Below are positions 53,100 through 63,763 of a stretch of 64,000 nt of DNA, piece by piece (positions within the stretch are counted from its first letter, which is position 1; each line of letters starts with the position of its first letter). The stretch covers positions 666-64,665 of the forward strand of contig JAJPIJ010000023.1 of assembly GCA_021324815.1 (NCBI GenBank), given 5' to 3'. The DNA is from Gammaproteobacteria bacterium. GTDB taxonomy: Bacteria; Pseudomonadota; Gammaproteobacteria; JAJPIJ01. The notes beneath the pieces are model-generated. The model was not told the DNA's origin. It worked only from the letters and a program-made list of their open reading frames with translations, and made no database searches. The translations under genes and the position numbers were made by a program.

Positions 53100-55889
53100 A
53101 TGGTGATGAATCCTATTGCCTTGCTCGGCAAGGCGGTGCGCAAGATTATTGGCAGCCGCAACGAACGGATCCTGCGGCGCCTGCAAAGGGTGGTGGCGCG
53201 GATCAATGCGCTGGAGCCGGCCACCGCCGCCCTCGGCGATGACGCCCTGCGCGCCAAGACGGCCGAGTTCCGGGAACGCCTCAACCGCGGCGAGGCCCTG
53301 GATGCGCTGCTGCCGGAGGCGTTTGCGGTCGTGCGCGAGGCCGCCCGGCGCGTGCTCGGCATGCGCCATTTCGACGTCCAGCTCATCGGCGGCATGGTCC
53401 TGCATCAGGGCAAGATCGCCGAGATGCGCACCGGCGAGGGCAAGACGCTGGTGGCGACGCTGGCCGCCTATCTCAATGCGCTGCCCGGCCATGGCGTGCA
53501 CGTGGTGACGGTCAACGATTACCTGGCCAAGCGCGACGCGGAGTGGATGGGACAGGTATATTCATTCCTCGGCATGCGCACGGGCGTCATCCTGTCCACC
53601 ATGCCGCCCGCCGAGCGGCAGGCCGCCTATGCCGCCGACATCACCTACGGCACCAACAACGAGTTTGGATTCGATTATCTGCGCGACAACATGGTGTTCT
53701 CGCGCGCCGGCCGCGTGCAGCGCGGGCTTACCTTCGCCATCGTCGACGAGGTCGACTCCATTTTGATCGACGAGGCGCGCACGCCGCTCATCATTTCCGG
53801 TCCCACCGAGGATCGCACCGATCTGTACCAGCGGGTGAACCGCTTGATCCCGGAACTGAAGCGGCAGGAAAAGGAGGAGGGCCAGGACGGCGATTACTGG
53901 GTCGATGAGAAGGCCCGCCAGGTGCATTTGACGGAGCGCGGCCACGAGCGCGTCGAGAAGCTGCTGGCCCGCGAAGGCATGCTCGGCGGCGACGAAAGCC
54001 TGTACAGCGCCGCGAACATCGGCCTCATGCATCACATCAATGCCGCCCTGCGGGCGCACACGCTGTTCAAACGAGACGTGGACTATGTCGTCAAGGACGG
54101 CACCATCGTCATCGTCGACGAGTTCACCGGCCGCACCATGCCGGGCCGCCGCTGGTCGGAGGGCCTGCATCAGGCGGTGGAGGCCAAGGAGGGCGTGCCG
54201 ATCCAGAACGAGAACCAGACGCTGGCCTCGATCACCTTCCAGAACTACTTCCGCCTTTACGGGAAATTGTCCGGCATGACCGGCACGGCGGATACCGAGG
54301 CCTACGAATTCCAGCAAATCTACGGCCTCGAGGTGGTCGTCATCCCCACGCACCGCAGGATGATCCGGCAGGACCTGGGCGACGTGGTCTATCTCACCCA
54401 GAAGGAGAAATTCAAGGCCATCATCGCCGACATCAAGGATTGCGTGCGGCGCCAGCAGCCGGTGCTGGTGGGAACGACATCGATAGAAACCTCCGAATTT
54501 CTCTCCGGCCTGCTCAAGCGCGAGGGTGTCGAGCACCAGGTGCTGAATGCCAAGTTTCACGAACTGGAGGCCCAGATCGTGGCGCAGGCGGGACGGCCGG
54601 GGAAGGTCACGGTGGCCACCAACATGGCCGGCCGCGGCACCGACATCGTGCTTGGCGGCAACCCCGATCCGGAAATCAACGCGATCCGCGCCGATGCCGC
54701 CCTCACGGAGGAGGAGAAAAAGCGGCGCATTGACGCCATCCGCGCCGACTGGCAGCGCCTGCACAACGCCGTGGTGGCCGCCGGCGGCCTGCACATCGTC
54801 GGCACCGAGCGCCACGAATCCCGCCGCGTCGACAACCAGCTGCGCGGCCGCTCCGGCCGTCAGGGCGATCCGGGTTCCAGCCGCTTTTACCTGTCGCTGG
54901 AGGACAGCCTGATGCGCATCTTCGCCTCCGACCGCGTCGCGGCGATCATGCAGAAGCTGGGCATGCAGGAGGGCGAGGCCATCGAGCATCCGTGGGTGAC
55001 CCGCGCCATTGAAAACGCCCAACGCAAGGTGGAGGCCCGCAATTTCGACATCCGCAAGCAGTTGCTGGAGTATGACGACGTCGCCAACGATCAGCGCAAG
55101 ATCATCTACGAACAGCGCAATGACCTGATGGATGCCGAGGACATCGGCGCCGCCATCACCGACATCCGCCACGAGGTCCTGGAAAATCTCGTCCTGCAGT
55201 TCATTCCGCCGCAGAGTTTCGAGGAGCACTGGAACATTGCGGGGCTGACGGAGGTTCTGAGCCAGGAGATGGGGCTGAAGCTGCCGATCGCGGAATGGCT
55301 CAAGCAAGACGGCAACCTGCATGAGCAGGCACTGCGCGAGCGGATAGTGGCCGCCGCCGATGCGGCCTACCGGGAAAAGGAGAAGGCGATCGGCGCGGCG
55401 GGCATGCGGCAGGTGGAGAAGGAGGTCATGCTGAGGGTGCTGGATCAGCACTGGAAGGAGCATCTGGCGGCCATGGATTATCTGCGTCAGGGCATCCATC
55501 TGCGCGGCTACGCGCAACGGAATCCCAAGCAGGAGTACAAACGCGAGGCCTTCGAAATGTTCCAGCAACTGCTGGAGAACATCAAGCGCGACACGGTGGG
55601 ACTGCTCTCGCGCATCCAGATCCGCAATGAGGCGGAAATCCGCGCCATGGAGGAGCAGCGCCGGCGGATGGCGCCCGTGCAGTACACGCACGCGGAGGCC
55701 GCAAGCCCGCTGGCCGCCCCGGAGGTTTCAGCGGCGGCCACCGCCGCCGCGGCGGCCGCGCCGCCGGCCGCATCGTCAGCCCCCGCTGTCGCGCCGTTCG
55801 TGCGCGGGGGCCGCAAGGTGGGGCGCAATGAACCCTGTCCCTGCGGTTCCGGCAAAAAATACAAGCATTGCCACGGACGCCTGACTTGA
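53100..55889 (+). CDS. secA: Protein translocase ATPase SecA
   Basis: [43 protein letters not shown] and C-terminal SEC-C motif [13 protein letters not shown]. Confidence 0.98.
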   Translation: MVMNPIALLGKAVRKIIGSRNERILRRLQRVVARINALEPATAALGDDALRAKTAEFRERLNRGEALDALLPEAFAVVREAARRVLGMRHFDVQLIGGMVLHQGKIAEMRTGEGKTLVATLAAYLNALPGHGVHVVTVNDYLAKRDAEWMGQVYSFLGMRTGVILSTMPPAERQAAYAADITYGTNNEFGFDYLRDNMVFSRAGRVQRGLTFAIVDEVDSILIDEARTPLIISGPTEDRTDLYQRVNRLIPELKRQEKEEGQDGDYWVDEKARQVHLTERGHERVEKLLAREGMLGGDESLYSAANIGLMHHINAALRAHTLFKRDVDYVVKDGTIVIVDEFTGRTMPGRRWSEGLHQAVEAKEGVPIQNENQTLASITFQNYFRLYGKLSGMTGTADTEAYEFQQIYGLEVVVIPTHRRMIRQDLGDVVYLTQKEKFKAIIADIKDCVRRQQPVLVGTTSIETSEFLSGLLKREGVEHQVLNAKFHELEAQIVAQAGRPGKVTVATNMAGRGTDIVLGGNPDPEINAIRADAALTEEEKKRRIDAIRADWQRLHNAVVAAGGLHIVGTERHESRRVDNQLRGRSGRQGDPGSSRFYLSLEDSLMRIFASDRVAAIMQKLGMQEGEAIEHPWVTRAIENAQRKVEARNFDIRKQLLEYDDVANDQRKIIYEQRNDLMDAEDIGAAITDIRHEVLENLVLQFIPPQSFEEHWNIAGLTEVLSQEMGLKLPIAEWLKQDGNLHEQALRERIVAAADAAYREKEKAIGAAGMRQVEKEVMLRVLDQHWKEHLAAMDYLRQGIHLRGYAQRNPKQEYKREAFEMFQQLLENIKRDTVGLLSRIQIRNEAEIRAMEEQRRRMAPVQYTHAEAASPLAAPEVSAAATAAAAAAPPAASSAPAVAPFVRGGRKVGRNEPCPCGSGKKYKHCHGRLT

Positions 55890-55898
55890 GGCGCGACC

Positions 55899-57116
55899 AT
55901 GGTGGCCGGCGTCATCCCCCAAACACCCCTGCTGCCGGTCCCCGGCGTGCTGATCGGCGTCGGTGCCGCGGGGATCAAGCACGCCGATCGCAACGATTTG
56001 ACGCTGTTCCAACTCGCGGCCGGCACCGAGGTCGCCGCGGTGTTCACCCGCAACGCCTTTTGTGCCGCGCCGGTGCAGCTGGCAAGGAAACACCTGGCCG
56101 CCGGCCCCGTCGGACATCTGTTGGTCAATTCCGGAAACGCGAATGCCGGCACCGGCCCGGCGGGTCTGGAGGACGCGCAGGCGACCTGTGCCGCGGTGGC
56201 GGCGCTGGCCGGAGGCGAGGCCCGGGCCGTGCTGCCGTTTTCCACCGGCGTCATCGGCCAGCGCCTCCCGGTGGACAAGATCCGCCGCGCCCTGCCGCAG
56301 GCCGTGGCGTCACTGTCGCCCGCGGGTTGGGGTGATGCCGCGCGCGCGATCATGACCACCGCCACGACGCCCAAGGCCACCTCGCGCACGTGCGCCATTG
56401 CCGGCCGCACCGTCACCGTGACCGGCATCGCCAAGGGCGCCGGCATGATCCGTCCGGATCTCGCCACCCTGCTGTCGTTCATCGCCACGGATGCGCCGGT
56501 GGCGCGGGAGTTCCTGCAGACCGCGCTGGAGCGCGCCATGGCGCGAAGCTTCAATTGCATCACCGTGGACGGCGACACCTCGACCAATGACGCCTGCGTG
56601 CTCATGGCCACGGGCCGGGCGGGCGGCGCGTCGATCACCGCCGGGTCGCCCGAGGCCGCGGCATTTCAGGACACGTTGAACGCCGTCTGCCGGTTTCTGG
56701 CCGAGGCCGTGGTGCGCGACGGCGAGGGCGCCACGAAATTCATCCGCGTTCTCGTGGAGCAGGGCGGCAGCGTCGACGAATGCCGCCAGGTGGCCTACGC
56801 CGTGGCCGAGTCACCGCTGGTGAAAACGGCGTGCTACGCCTCCGACGCCAACTGGGGCCGCATCCTCGCCGCCGTGGGCCGCGCCGGCGTGCGGGACCTG
56901 AGCATCGACAGGGTGGACATCTCATTGAACGGCGTCGCCATCGTGACCGGCGGCGGCGTGGCGCCCGCCTACACCGAGACCGAGGGCCAGCAAGCCATGC
57001 GGGCGACCGATCTGGAAATCCACATCACCCTTGGACGCGGCGCGGCGCGGTCGGAGGTCATGACCTGCGACCTCTCGCTCGACTATGTCCGCATCAACGC
57101 CGAATACCGCACCTGA
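55899..57116 (+). CDS. argJ: Ornithine acetyltransferase / N-acetylglutamate synthase ArgJ
   Basis: GIAKGAGMI, TVDGDTSTND, RDGEGATK, SPLVKTA, NWGR and YVRINAEYRT motifs. Confidence 0.95.
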   Translation: MVAGVIPQTPLLPVPGVLIGVGAAGIKHADRNDLTLFQLAAGTEVAAVFTRNAFCAAPVQLARKHLAAGPVGHLLVNSGNANAGTGPAGLEDAQATCAAVAALAGGEARAVLPFSTGVIGQRLPVDKIRRALPQAVASLSPAGWGDAARAIMTTATTPKATSRTCAIAGRTVTVTGIAKGAGMIRPDLATLLSFIATDAPVAREFLQTALERAMARSFNCITVDGDTSTNDACVLMATGRAGGASITAGSPEAAAFQDTLNAVCRFLAEAVVRDGEGATKFIRVLVEQGGSVDECRQVAYAVAESPLVKTACYASDANWGRILAAVGRAGVRDLSIDRVDISLNGVAIVTGGGVAPAYTETEGQQAMRATDLEIHITLGRGAARSEVMTCDLSLDYVRINAEYRT

Positions 57117-57171
57117 CCTGACGGCACGCCGGCGGCGGTTTTTGGACGCGTCGTCGCACCCTCACAGGGAG

Positions 57172-58149
57172 GTGCCGCCGGACGCGGTGCACGTGGTGGC
57201 GGCCGTGATTGCGAATTCCGCCGGTCACGTGCTCATCAGCCGCCGCCATGCCGGCGCCCATCAAGGCGGCTTGTGGGAATTTCCTGGCGGCAAGGTCGAG
57301 AGGGGCGAGACCGCGCCGGAGGCGCTGCGGCGTGAACTCAGGGAGGAACTGGGGCTGGTGGCGCGGCGCCTGCGCCCGCTGATCCAAATCGATCATCAAT
57401 ATCCCGGCCGGCGGGTGTACTTGGATGTCTGGCGGGTGTCCCGCTGGGAAGGGAGGCCGCGGGGACGCGAGGGCCAGCCGCTAAGATGGGAACCGCCGGA
57501 GGCGCTGAAACAGGCCGACTTTCCGGCGGCGAACTGGCCGATCATCCAGGCCGCAAGGCTGCCGCCGCTCTACGTCATCACCCCTGATCCGGCGGTGGAT
57601 GATCGCTGGCGGGATCGGCTGGAGCCGGCGCTCGACGCCGGCGTGCGCTTGTTGCAATACCGCAGTCTCTCACCCCCGGATGAGGCTCATGTCCGCGCCG
57701 TCATCGAGATCTGTCATCGCCGCCTCTGCCGCGTCCTGGTGAACGCCGCGCCGGACGTGGCCGCGCGCCTCGGCGCGGATGGCGCGCATCTGAAGAGCGA
57801 ACGCCTGCAGGGCTTTTCCCGGCGATCATTGCCGGAAAAATTCATTGTCGGCGCTTCCTGTCACACCGCGGAAGAACTGTCGCGGGCCGAGCGCGCCGGC
57901 GCCGATTTTGCGGTGCTGGGTCCCGTGCGCGCCTCGGCCAGCCACCCTACCGCCGCGCCGCTGGGATGGGCCGCCTTTGCAGCCCTGGCGGCGCGGGCGC
58001 GCCTGCCCGTCTACGCGTTGGGGGGCCTTGAACCCGCGGACGCGGCACAGGCGTGGAGCGCGGGCGCGCAGGGACTGGCGATGATCCGCGGCATCTGGTC
58101 GGCCCCGGAGGGCGTGGCCGCGGTGCGGCGCCTGCTCAGTGCGTCGTAG
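57172..58149 (+). CDS. mutT: Nudix hydrolase (MutT) fused to a thiamine-phosphate-synthase-like domain
   Basis: Nudix box GGKVERGETAPEALRRELREELG. C-terminal GASCHTAEEL...ADFAVLGPV...PVYALGG. Start uncertain (57172 or 57187). Confidence 0.88.
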   Translation: MPPDAVHVVAAVIANSAGHVLISRRHAGAHQGGLWEFPGGKVERGETAPEALRRELREELGLVARRLRPLIQIDHQYPGRRVYLDVWRVSRWEGRPRGREGQPLRWEPPEALKQADFPAANWPIIQAARLPPLYVITPDPAVDDRWRDRLEPALDAGVRLLQYRSLSPPDEAHVRAVIEICHRRLCRVLVNAAPDVAARLGADGAHLKSERLQGFSRRSLPEKFIVGASCHTAEELSRAERAGADFAVLGPVRASASHPTAAPLGWAAFAALAARARLPVYALGGLEPADAAQAWSAGAQGLAMIRGIWSAPEGVAAVRRLLSAS

Positions 58150-58336
58150 TGCGCGGCGGTTCCGCGTCCCCGGACGCCGGCGGGTCCGAATCCGGTCCGC
58201 CCGGGATGCGGCGATTCCCGTTCAGCCAGGCGCCGAGATCGATCAACTGGCAGCGTTCACTGCAAAACGGCGAATAGGGATGCCCGGCGGCGGCTTCAAA
58301 CCGCTTCCCACAGGTGGGGCAGCGAATGAGGCTCAT
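58136..58336 (-). CDS. yacG: DNA gyrase inhibitor YacG
   Basis: CPTC...PFCSERCQLIDLGAW zinc-finger motif. Confidence 0.95.
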   Translation of the reverse strand: MSLIRCPTCGKRFEAAAGHPYSPFCSERCQLIDLGAWLNGNRRIPGGPDSDPPASGDAEPPRTTTH

Positions 58337-59154
58337 AAATTGCAGCACTGCAGTTCGAAGGTGACATCCATCTCCGTTTGCGTCGGGCGACCGGCGCTGC
58401 TCGGTTGCTCCAGAAAACGGATGGTGAAACGGTGCCGGCCGCCGCTGATTTCCGGGAAGGCCTGCAGGCTGCCGGGGACCACCACCCGCACCAGCTGGCA
58501 GACCGTGTTGGGGTCCACCGGCTGCTGGTAGAAACCCGCGACGGCGGTCACCGTCTGCGGATGGGCGCTGTCGCGAATCAGACGCAGCACCAGCTCCACG
58601 GCGTCCTTGATGATCCGCAAATCGTTGAACCAGTAGTGCAATTGCTGGACGCGAACGGAGACCGGCCGGGTCAGCCAGTAATGGTAGGCGGGCAGGTCGA
58701 AGTTGCAGGTGCCCCCGGGAATGGGCAGGCGCTGTTTGATGGCGTAAATGAGCTCGTCCTTGCGCAGTATCTGCGCAGGCTGGCAGCTGTTGCTGCGCAT
58801 GGTCACCAGCAGGTCATTGATCTGTTCCAGCACGTCCCGCAGCCGCGCGGGATCAACCCCGGGATTCTGCTGCAATCCCTGCAGGATGCCGGCGTGCCGC
58901 TCCAGTTCCTTGTTGAGTTCCGCCTTGAGGTCAAAGCGTGACAACAGATCAGTGACTTCAATCAGCCCCGTGAGCGCGGCGCGGCTGTCCCATTCATCCG
59001 CGCCGTTGATGCGATGTTCCACGCCGTCAAACAGATGCTCCAGCCGCAGCAGTGCGCGGATGCGTTCATTGAGGGGCTGTTCATAGATGACCGGATCCTC
59101 CGCCGCGGCAAACAGCGAACTCTGCCGGTCCAGCGCCGACGGATCAACGCTCAT
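58333..59154 (-). CDS. zapD: Cell division protein ZapD
   Basis: YEQPLNERIRALLRLE, PGGTCNFDLP, PEISGGRHRFTIRF motifs. Confidence 0.95.
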   Translation of the reverse strand: MSVDPSALDRQSSLFAAAEDPVIYEQPLNERIRALLRLEHLFDGVEHRINGADEWDSRAALTGLIEVTDLLSRFDLKAELNKELERHAGILQGLQQNPGVDPARLRDVLEQINDLLVTMRSNSCQPAQILRKDELIYAIKQRLPIPGGTCNFDLPAYHYWLTRPVSVRVQQLHYWFNDLRIIKDAVELVLRLIRDSAHPQTVTAVAGFYQQPVDPNTVCQLVRVVVPGSLQAFPEISGGRHRFTIRFLEQPSSAGRPTQTEMDVTFELQCCNL

Positions 59155-59789
59155 CGTCCCCGCCGCTCGTGCGCCAATTGCAGGTAACGATGATGCAGGG
59201 CCGCCACCTGCTGCTGCAATCGCGACCGATCACCGTCGTTGACGATGACATCGTCGGCATGGCTCAGTCTTTCCTCTGCTGAGACTTGAACGCGCATGAT
59301 TGCCTCGACTTGGCCGCGTGTCAAACGATCCCGCGTGAGCACGCGTTGAATGCGCAGGTCCTCCGGCGCGTCCACCACCAGGATGCGATCGAAATCGCCT
59401 TGCCACCCGCACTCCACCAGCAGGGGAACGCAGATGACGCAATAGCCGGGGTGGCGGGCCAGACACCCCGCGCGCTCACTCAGCAGGGCGCGAATGCGGG
59501 GGTGGAGAAGCGACTCCAGCGCCCGCCGCAGATCCGGATCGGCGAAAACGCGATCCCTGAGGTAATCCCGCCGGAGCCGCCCCCCTTCGTCCATCGCTTC
59601 ACGGCCGAATTTTTTCACGATCTCCGCAAGCAGCGGACCGCCGGGCGCGACGATTTCCCTGGCCGCCGTATCCGCGTCCAGAACCGGGACGCCCAGCGCG
59701 GCGAATTCTCCGCAGACGAGGGACTTGCCGCTGCCAATGCCGCCGGTCAGCCCCACCTTGATCGGCGGCGTCAGCGCGGCGGCGCCCAT
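59151..59789 (-). CDS. coaE: Dephospho-CoA kinase
   Basis: GLTGGIGSGKS, DAD, LESLLHP and VPLLVE motifs. ATG 59789 chosen. Confidence 0.95.
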   Translation of the reverse strand: MGAAALTPPIKVGLTGGIGSGKSLVCGEFAALGVPVLDADTAAREIVAPGGPLLAEIVKKFGREAMDEGGRLRRDYLRDRVFADPDLRRALESLLHPRIRALLSERAGCLARHPGYCVICVPLLVECGWQGDFDRILVVDAPEDLRIQRVLTRDRLTRGQVEAIMRVQVSAEERLSHADDVIVNDGDRSRLQQQVAALHHRYLQLAHERRGR

Positions 59790-60721
59790 TGCAGATAGGC
59801 GGCGGTCAGTTGCTGGCCATAGAGCAAGGCAATCCAGCCGGCGCAGGCCAGATAGGGTCCGAAGGGTATGGGTTTGCGGCGATCCCGCCGCACCAGCACG
59901 ATGGCCGCGATGCCGAGGATGGCGCCAACGGCGGAGGCCAGCACGATCACCAAGGGCAGCAATTTCCATCCGGTCCAGGCGCCCAGGGCGGCCAGCAGCT
60001 TGAAATCCCCGTAACCCATGCCTTCCTTCCCCGTGACGAGCTTGAACAGCCAGTACACCGACCACAGCGAAACATAACCGGCGATGGCGCCGCCGACGCT
60101 GGCGGGCAAACCGGCCGGCAGCACGCCGACGAAGTTGAGCGCCATCCCCAGCCACAACACCGGCAGCGTGATGTCGTCGGGGAGCAGATAATGGTCCAAA
60201 TCGATGAAGGCGAGCGCGATCAAGGCCCATCCCAGGACCGCCGCGGCCAATGCCGGCAGTCCGAAACCGAAGTGAAACGCGGCAAGCCCGCCCACGACGC
60301 CCGCCAGCAGCTCGACCACCGGATAGCGCCGGGATATGGGCGCATGGCAATGCCGGCAACGCCCCCCCTGGAGAAGGAAACTCAGCAATGGAATGTTTTC
60401 CAACGTACTGATCACATGACCGCATTGCGGGCAGCGCGAGCGCGGCGAAACCAGGTTGCAGGCGGCATCGGCCTGGATTTGATCCGAGAGCAGGGACGCG
60501 CTCCGGAGAAACGCCCACGCCGATGCCCCGTCGAGACCCGGGGCGCCGCCCTCCTCCTCAAGGACATCCCGCGCCATCCGCCGCCAGTCCCGCTTCATCA
60601 TGATCGGCAGGCGGTGGATGACGACATTGAGGAAGCTGCCGATGATGAGGCCCAGCAGCGCCATGGCGGAGAGATGGAACCCCGGCGAGGATTGCAGGGT
60701 TGAAAGGAGTTCGCTCAGCAA
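59771..60721 (-). CDS. pilD: Type IV prepilin peptidase/N-methyltransferase
   Basis: GSFLNVVIHRLP, two CxxC motifs, catalytic DLDHYLLPD and GMGYGDFKL, PFGPYL. Confidence 0.96.
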   Translation of the reverse strand: MLSELLSTLQSSPGFHLSAMALLGLIIGSFLNVVIHRLPIMMKRDWRRMARDVLEEEGGAPGLDGASAWAFLRSASLLSDQIQADAACNLVSPRSRCPQCGHVISTLENIPLLSFLLQGGRCRHCHAPISRRYPVVELLAGVVGGLAAFHFGFGLPALAAAVLGWALIALAFIDLDHYLLPDDITLPVLWLGMALNFVGVLPAGLPASVGGAIAGYVSLWSVYWLFKLVTGKEGMGYGDFKLLAALGAWTGWKLLPLVIVLASAVGAILGIAAIVLVRRDRRKPIPFGPYLACAGWIALLYGQQLTAAYLQWAPPR

Positions 60722-60787
60722 GGGCAGCTTTCAGTTGTCGCTCACCGCCCGTTGTTGAAAACAGCTTGATGGCGGAGCGTGCGGTTC

Positions 60788-62035
60788 CTAAACCACCTGG
60801 CCCATCTTGAAGATGGGCAGATACATGGCGATCACCAAGCCGCCGATCACGACGCCCAGGACGGCCATGATCAGCGGTTCCAGGAGGCTGGTCAGCGCCT
60901 CCACCGCGTCATCCACTTCCTGTTCATACCAGTCGGCGATCTTGTTCAGCATGGAGTCGAGTGCGCCGGACTCCTCACCGATGGCCACCATCTGGATGAC
61001 CATGTTCGGGAAGATGCCGGAGTCGCGCATGGCCACCTGCAGTTGCGTGCCGGTGGCGACCTCGTCGCGCATCTTCATGGTGGCGTCGTAAAAGATGATG
61101 TTGCCGCAGGCGCCGGCGACCGACGTCATCGCCTCGACCAGCGGCGTGCCGGCGGCGAACATGGTGGCCAGTGTGCGGGAGAAGCGGGCGATGGCCGATT
61201 TTTCCAGAATTTCGCCGATGACCGGGATCTTCAACGAGATCCGATCCATGAAATGCGCCACCGCCCGCGATCGATCCTTCGCCTGGATGAGGCCGTACAC
61301 CACGGCAAAGATGCCGCCGAACATGATGTACCAATAGGCTTGGAAAAATTTGGAAATCTTTATGACGATTTGGGTGGGGGCGGGCAGATCGGCGCCGAAG
61401 CCCTTGAACAGGCTTTCGAACTGCGGGATGACGAAGATCATCAATATGGTGGTGATGATGAAGGCCACCACGATCACCGCCGTGGGATAAAACAGCGCGC
61501 CCTTGATCTTGGCCTTCAGCGCCTCGGTTTTCTCGAGATAGGTCGCGAGCTTGTTGAGAATGGATTCCAGGATGCCGGCGTGCTCGCCGGCGGTCACCAG
61601 GTTGACGAACAATTCATTGAAGTACAGCGGATGCTTGCCCAGGGCCTCGGCCAGCGTGCCGCCGGCCTCGACCGAGCCTTTGATGTCCATGATCAGGTCC
61701 TGCATGCTGCGGTTTTCATGGCCGCGTCCGACGATCTCGAAGGACTGCACCAGGGGCACGCCGGAGGACATCATGGTCGCCATCTGTCGCGCGAAGACGC
61801 ATATGTCCTTGGTGGTGATCTTCTTTTTGCCGGCGCCGAACAGGGGCTTGGGTTTTTTCTTGACCGAGGTTGGATTGATGCCCTGGCGCCGCAAGACGGC
61901 CTTGATGAGATTGTCGCTGACGCCGGACATCTCGCCCTTGACCTTTTTGCCGTTTTTGTCCAGGCCCTCCCAGAGGTACATGTCGGACTTCTGGACTCTC
62001 GCCGCCGCCGCGGCCGGTTTGGGTGCCGGGGCCAT
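60788..62035 (-). CDS. pilC: Type IV pilus platform protein PilC
   Basis: RQMATMMSSGVP, GEHAGIL, KIKGALFYP, AIGEESG and MYLPIFKMG motifs. Confidence 0.96.
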   Translation of the reverse strand: MAPAPKPAAAAARVQKSDMYLWEGLDKNGKKVKGEMSGVSDNLIKAVLRRQGINPTSVKKKPKPLFGAGKKKITTKDICVFARQMATMMSSGVPLVQSFEIVGRGHENRSMQDLIMDIKGSVEAGGTLAEALGKHPLYFNELFVNLVTAGEHAGILESILNKLATYLEKTEALKAKIKGALFYPTAVIVVAFIITTILMIFVIPQFESLFKGFGADLPAPTQIVIKISKFFQAYWYIMFGGIFAVVYGLIQAKDRSRAVAHFMDRISLKIPVIGEILEKSAIARFSRTLATMFAAGTPLVEAMTSVAGACGNIIFYDATMKMRDEVATGTQLQVAMRDSGIFPNMVIQMVAIGEESGALDSMLNKIADWYEQEVDDAVEALTSLLEPLIMAVLGVVIGGLVIAMYLPIFKMGQVV

Positions 62036-62038
62036 ACG

Positions 62039-63763
62039 CTACTCCATGGTTACCGCGTTGATCTCTTCGAGGCTGGTGACGCCGTCCATCACCTTCTTGA
62101 GCGCCGACTGGCGAATGTCCGAGATGCCCTCTTTTTTCGCCTGATCCGCGATTTGGATGGCGTTGGCGCCTTCCATGATCAGGCGTTTCATGGCATCCGA
62201 GATCGGCATGACCTGGTAGATGCCGGTGCGGCCCTTGTAGCCGCCGTTGCATGACTCGCACCCCACCGCCTGGTAGACGCGGAAGCCGGTGGCCACCTGC
62301 TGCTCGGTGAAGCCCTCCTTGATCAGCGAGTCGGGCGGGATCTCGACCGGTTTCTTGCAATTGTTGCAAAGCTTGCGCGCCAGCCGCTGCGCGGTGATGA
62401 GATTGATGCTGGTCGCCACCGCGAACGGCGCGATGCCCATGTCCATGAGACGCGTGAGGGTTTGCGGCGCGTCGTTGGTGTGCAGCGTGGACATCACCAT
62501 ATGACCGGTCTGCGCCGCCTTCACCGCGATGCTGGCGGTGCCGAGATCGCGGATTTCGCCAACCAGGATGATGTCCGGGTCCTGGCGCAGGAAGGCCTTG
62601 AGCGCCTTCTCGAAGGTCATGCCGGTTTTTTCGTCCACCTGCACCTGGTTGACGCCGGGCAGGTTGATTTCCACCGGGTCCTCCGCGGTCGAAATGTTGA
62701 CGTCCACGGTATTGATGATGTTGATGCCGGAATAGAGCGACACCGTCTTGCCGGAGCCCGTCGGGCCGGTCACCAGGAACATGCCGTAGGGCTTCTTGAT
62801 GTTTTCCAGGAACAGCTTCTTCTGATCCTCCTCGTAACCCAGCATGTCGATGTTCAGTGCGGAGGCGTCCGAGTTGAGGATGCGCATCACGGCCTTCTCG
62901 CCGAACAGTGTCGGGCAGGTGTTGACGCGGAAATCGATGGCCTTGGTCTTGGAGAGCTTCAGCTTGATGCGGCCGTCCTGCGGGACGCGGCGCTCGGAGA
63001 CATCCAGCCGCGACATGACCTTGATGCGGGCGGCGATATTGCCGGCCAGCGCCAGCGGCGGCTTGGCCACCTCCATCAATTCGCCGTCGATGCGGAAGCG
63101 CACGCGGTAATATTTTTCATAGGGCTCGAAGTGCAGATCGGAGGCGCCCTTCTTGATGGCGTCGAGCAGGCACTTGTTGACGAATTTCACCACCGGCGCA
63201 TCGTCCACCTCGGCCTCGGCGCCCTGCTGCTGGGCCTCCGTGTCCACCGTTTCCAGGCCCTCCAGGTCTTCGAGCCCGTCCTCGGACGTCATGTCCTTCA
63301 GGCTGGTGTCGGCGGCCTCCAGCGCCTGATCGATGGCCTTGTTGAGCTTGTCCTCCTCCACCAGCACCGCCTCGGTGGTGCTGCCGCCGACGCTGAAGCG
63401 GATTTCATCCAGCGCCTTCAAATTGGTCGGATCGGAGACGGCGATGAACAGCCGGTTGCCGCGCTTGAAGATGGGCAGCGCGTGATTGCGCCGGATGATC
63501 TCCTCCTTGACGAGCTTGATCACATCCTGGTCGATTTCCAGCATGCCGATGTCAAGAAGCGGCACCCCGAACTCCACGGACGCGGCCATGGCGATGTCGC
63601 GGGCACTGGCCAGCTTCTGTTCCACCAGATATGACACCAGCGGCACCTTCTTTTCCAGCGAGGTCTGGAAGGCGGTGACCGCCGCCGGCTCGGCAATCAG
63701 GCCATCCAACACCAGCCGCCGCGCCAGGCCCGCCAGTGGAATCTTGGTACTTGGTACAGCCAT
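62039..63763 (-). CDS. pilB: Type IV pilus assembly ATPase PilB
   Basis: ASDLHFEP, RVPQDG, GPTGSGKT, TAEDPVE, RQDPDIILVGEIRD and STLHTN motifs. ATG 63763 chosen. Confidence 0.96.
   Translation of the reverse strand: MAVPSTKIPLAGLARRLVLDGLIAEPAAVTAFQTSLEKKVPLVSYLVEQKLASARDIAMAASVEFGVPLLDIGMLEIDQDVIKLVKEEIIRRNHALPIFKRGNRLFIAVSDPTNLKALDEIRFSVGGSTTEAVLVEEDKLNKAIDQALEAADTSLKDMTSEDGLEDLEGLETVDTEAQQQGAEAEVDDAPVVKFVNKCLLDAIKKGASDLHFEPYEKYYRVRFRIDGELMEVAKPPLALAGNIAARIKVMSRLDVSERRVPQDGRIKLKLSKTKAIDFRVNTCPTLFGEKAVMRILNSDASALNIDMLGYEEDQKKLFLENIKKPYGMFLVTGPTGSGKTVSLYSGINIINTVDVNISTAEDPVEINLPGVNQVQVDEKTGMTFEKALKAFLRQDPDIILVGEIRDLGTASIAVKAAQTGHMVMSTLHTNDAPQTLTRLMDMGIAPFAVATSINLITAQRLARKLCNNCKKPVEIPPDSLIKEGFTEQQVATGFRVYQAVGCESCNGGYKGRTGIYQVMPISDAMKRLIMEGANAIQIADQAKKEGISDIRQSALKKVMDGVTSLEEINAVTME

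Noticed and set aside
53562-55691. 709-aa antisense ORF over secA, and similar long ORFs at 19134-20609, 24370-25839, 34798-36315, 37673-39325 and 60779-62254
   Set aside because: They mirror the codon structure of well-supported genes on the opposite strand, as expected at high GC3. No independent domain signal.
55735-55795. Ala/Pro-rich low-complexity repeats (GCC runs) near the secA 3' end
   Set aside because: Ordinary disordered linker before the SEC-C motif.
57172-58149. MutT-ThiE-like fusion as a novelty
   Set aside because: A well-known fusion at this position in many gamma- and betaproteobacteria.
60748-60765. GTTGTTGAAAA resembling the inverted-repeat arm at 338-349
   Set aside because: Short match with no partner arm; not enough to call a second element.
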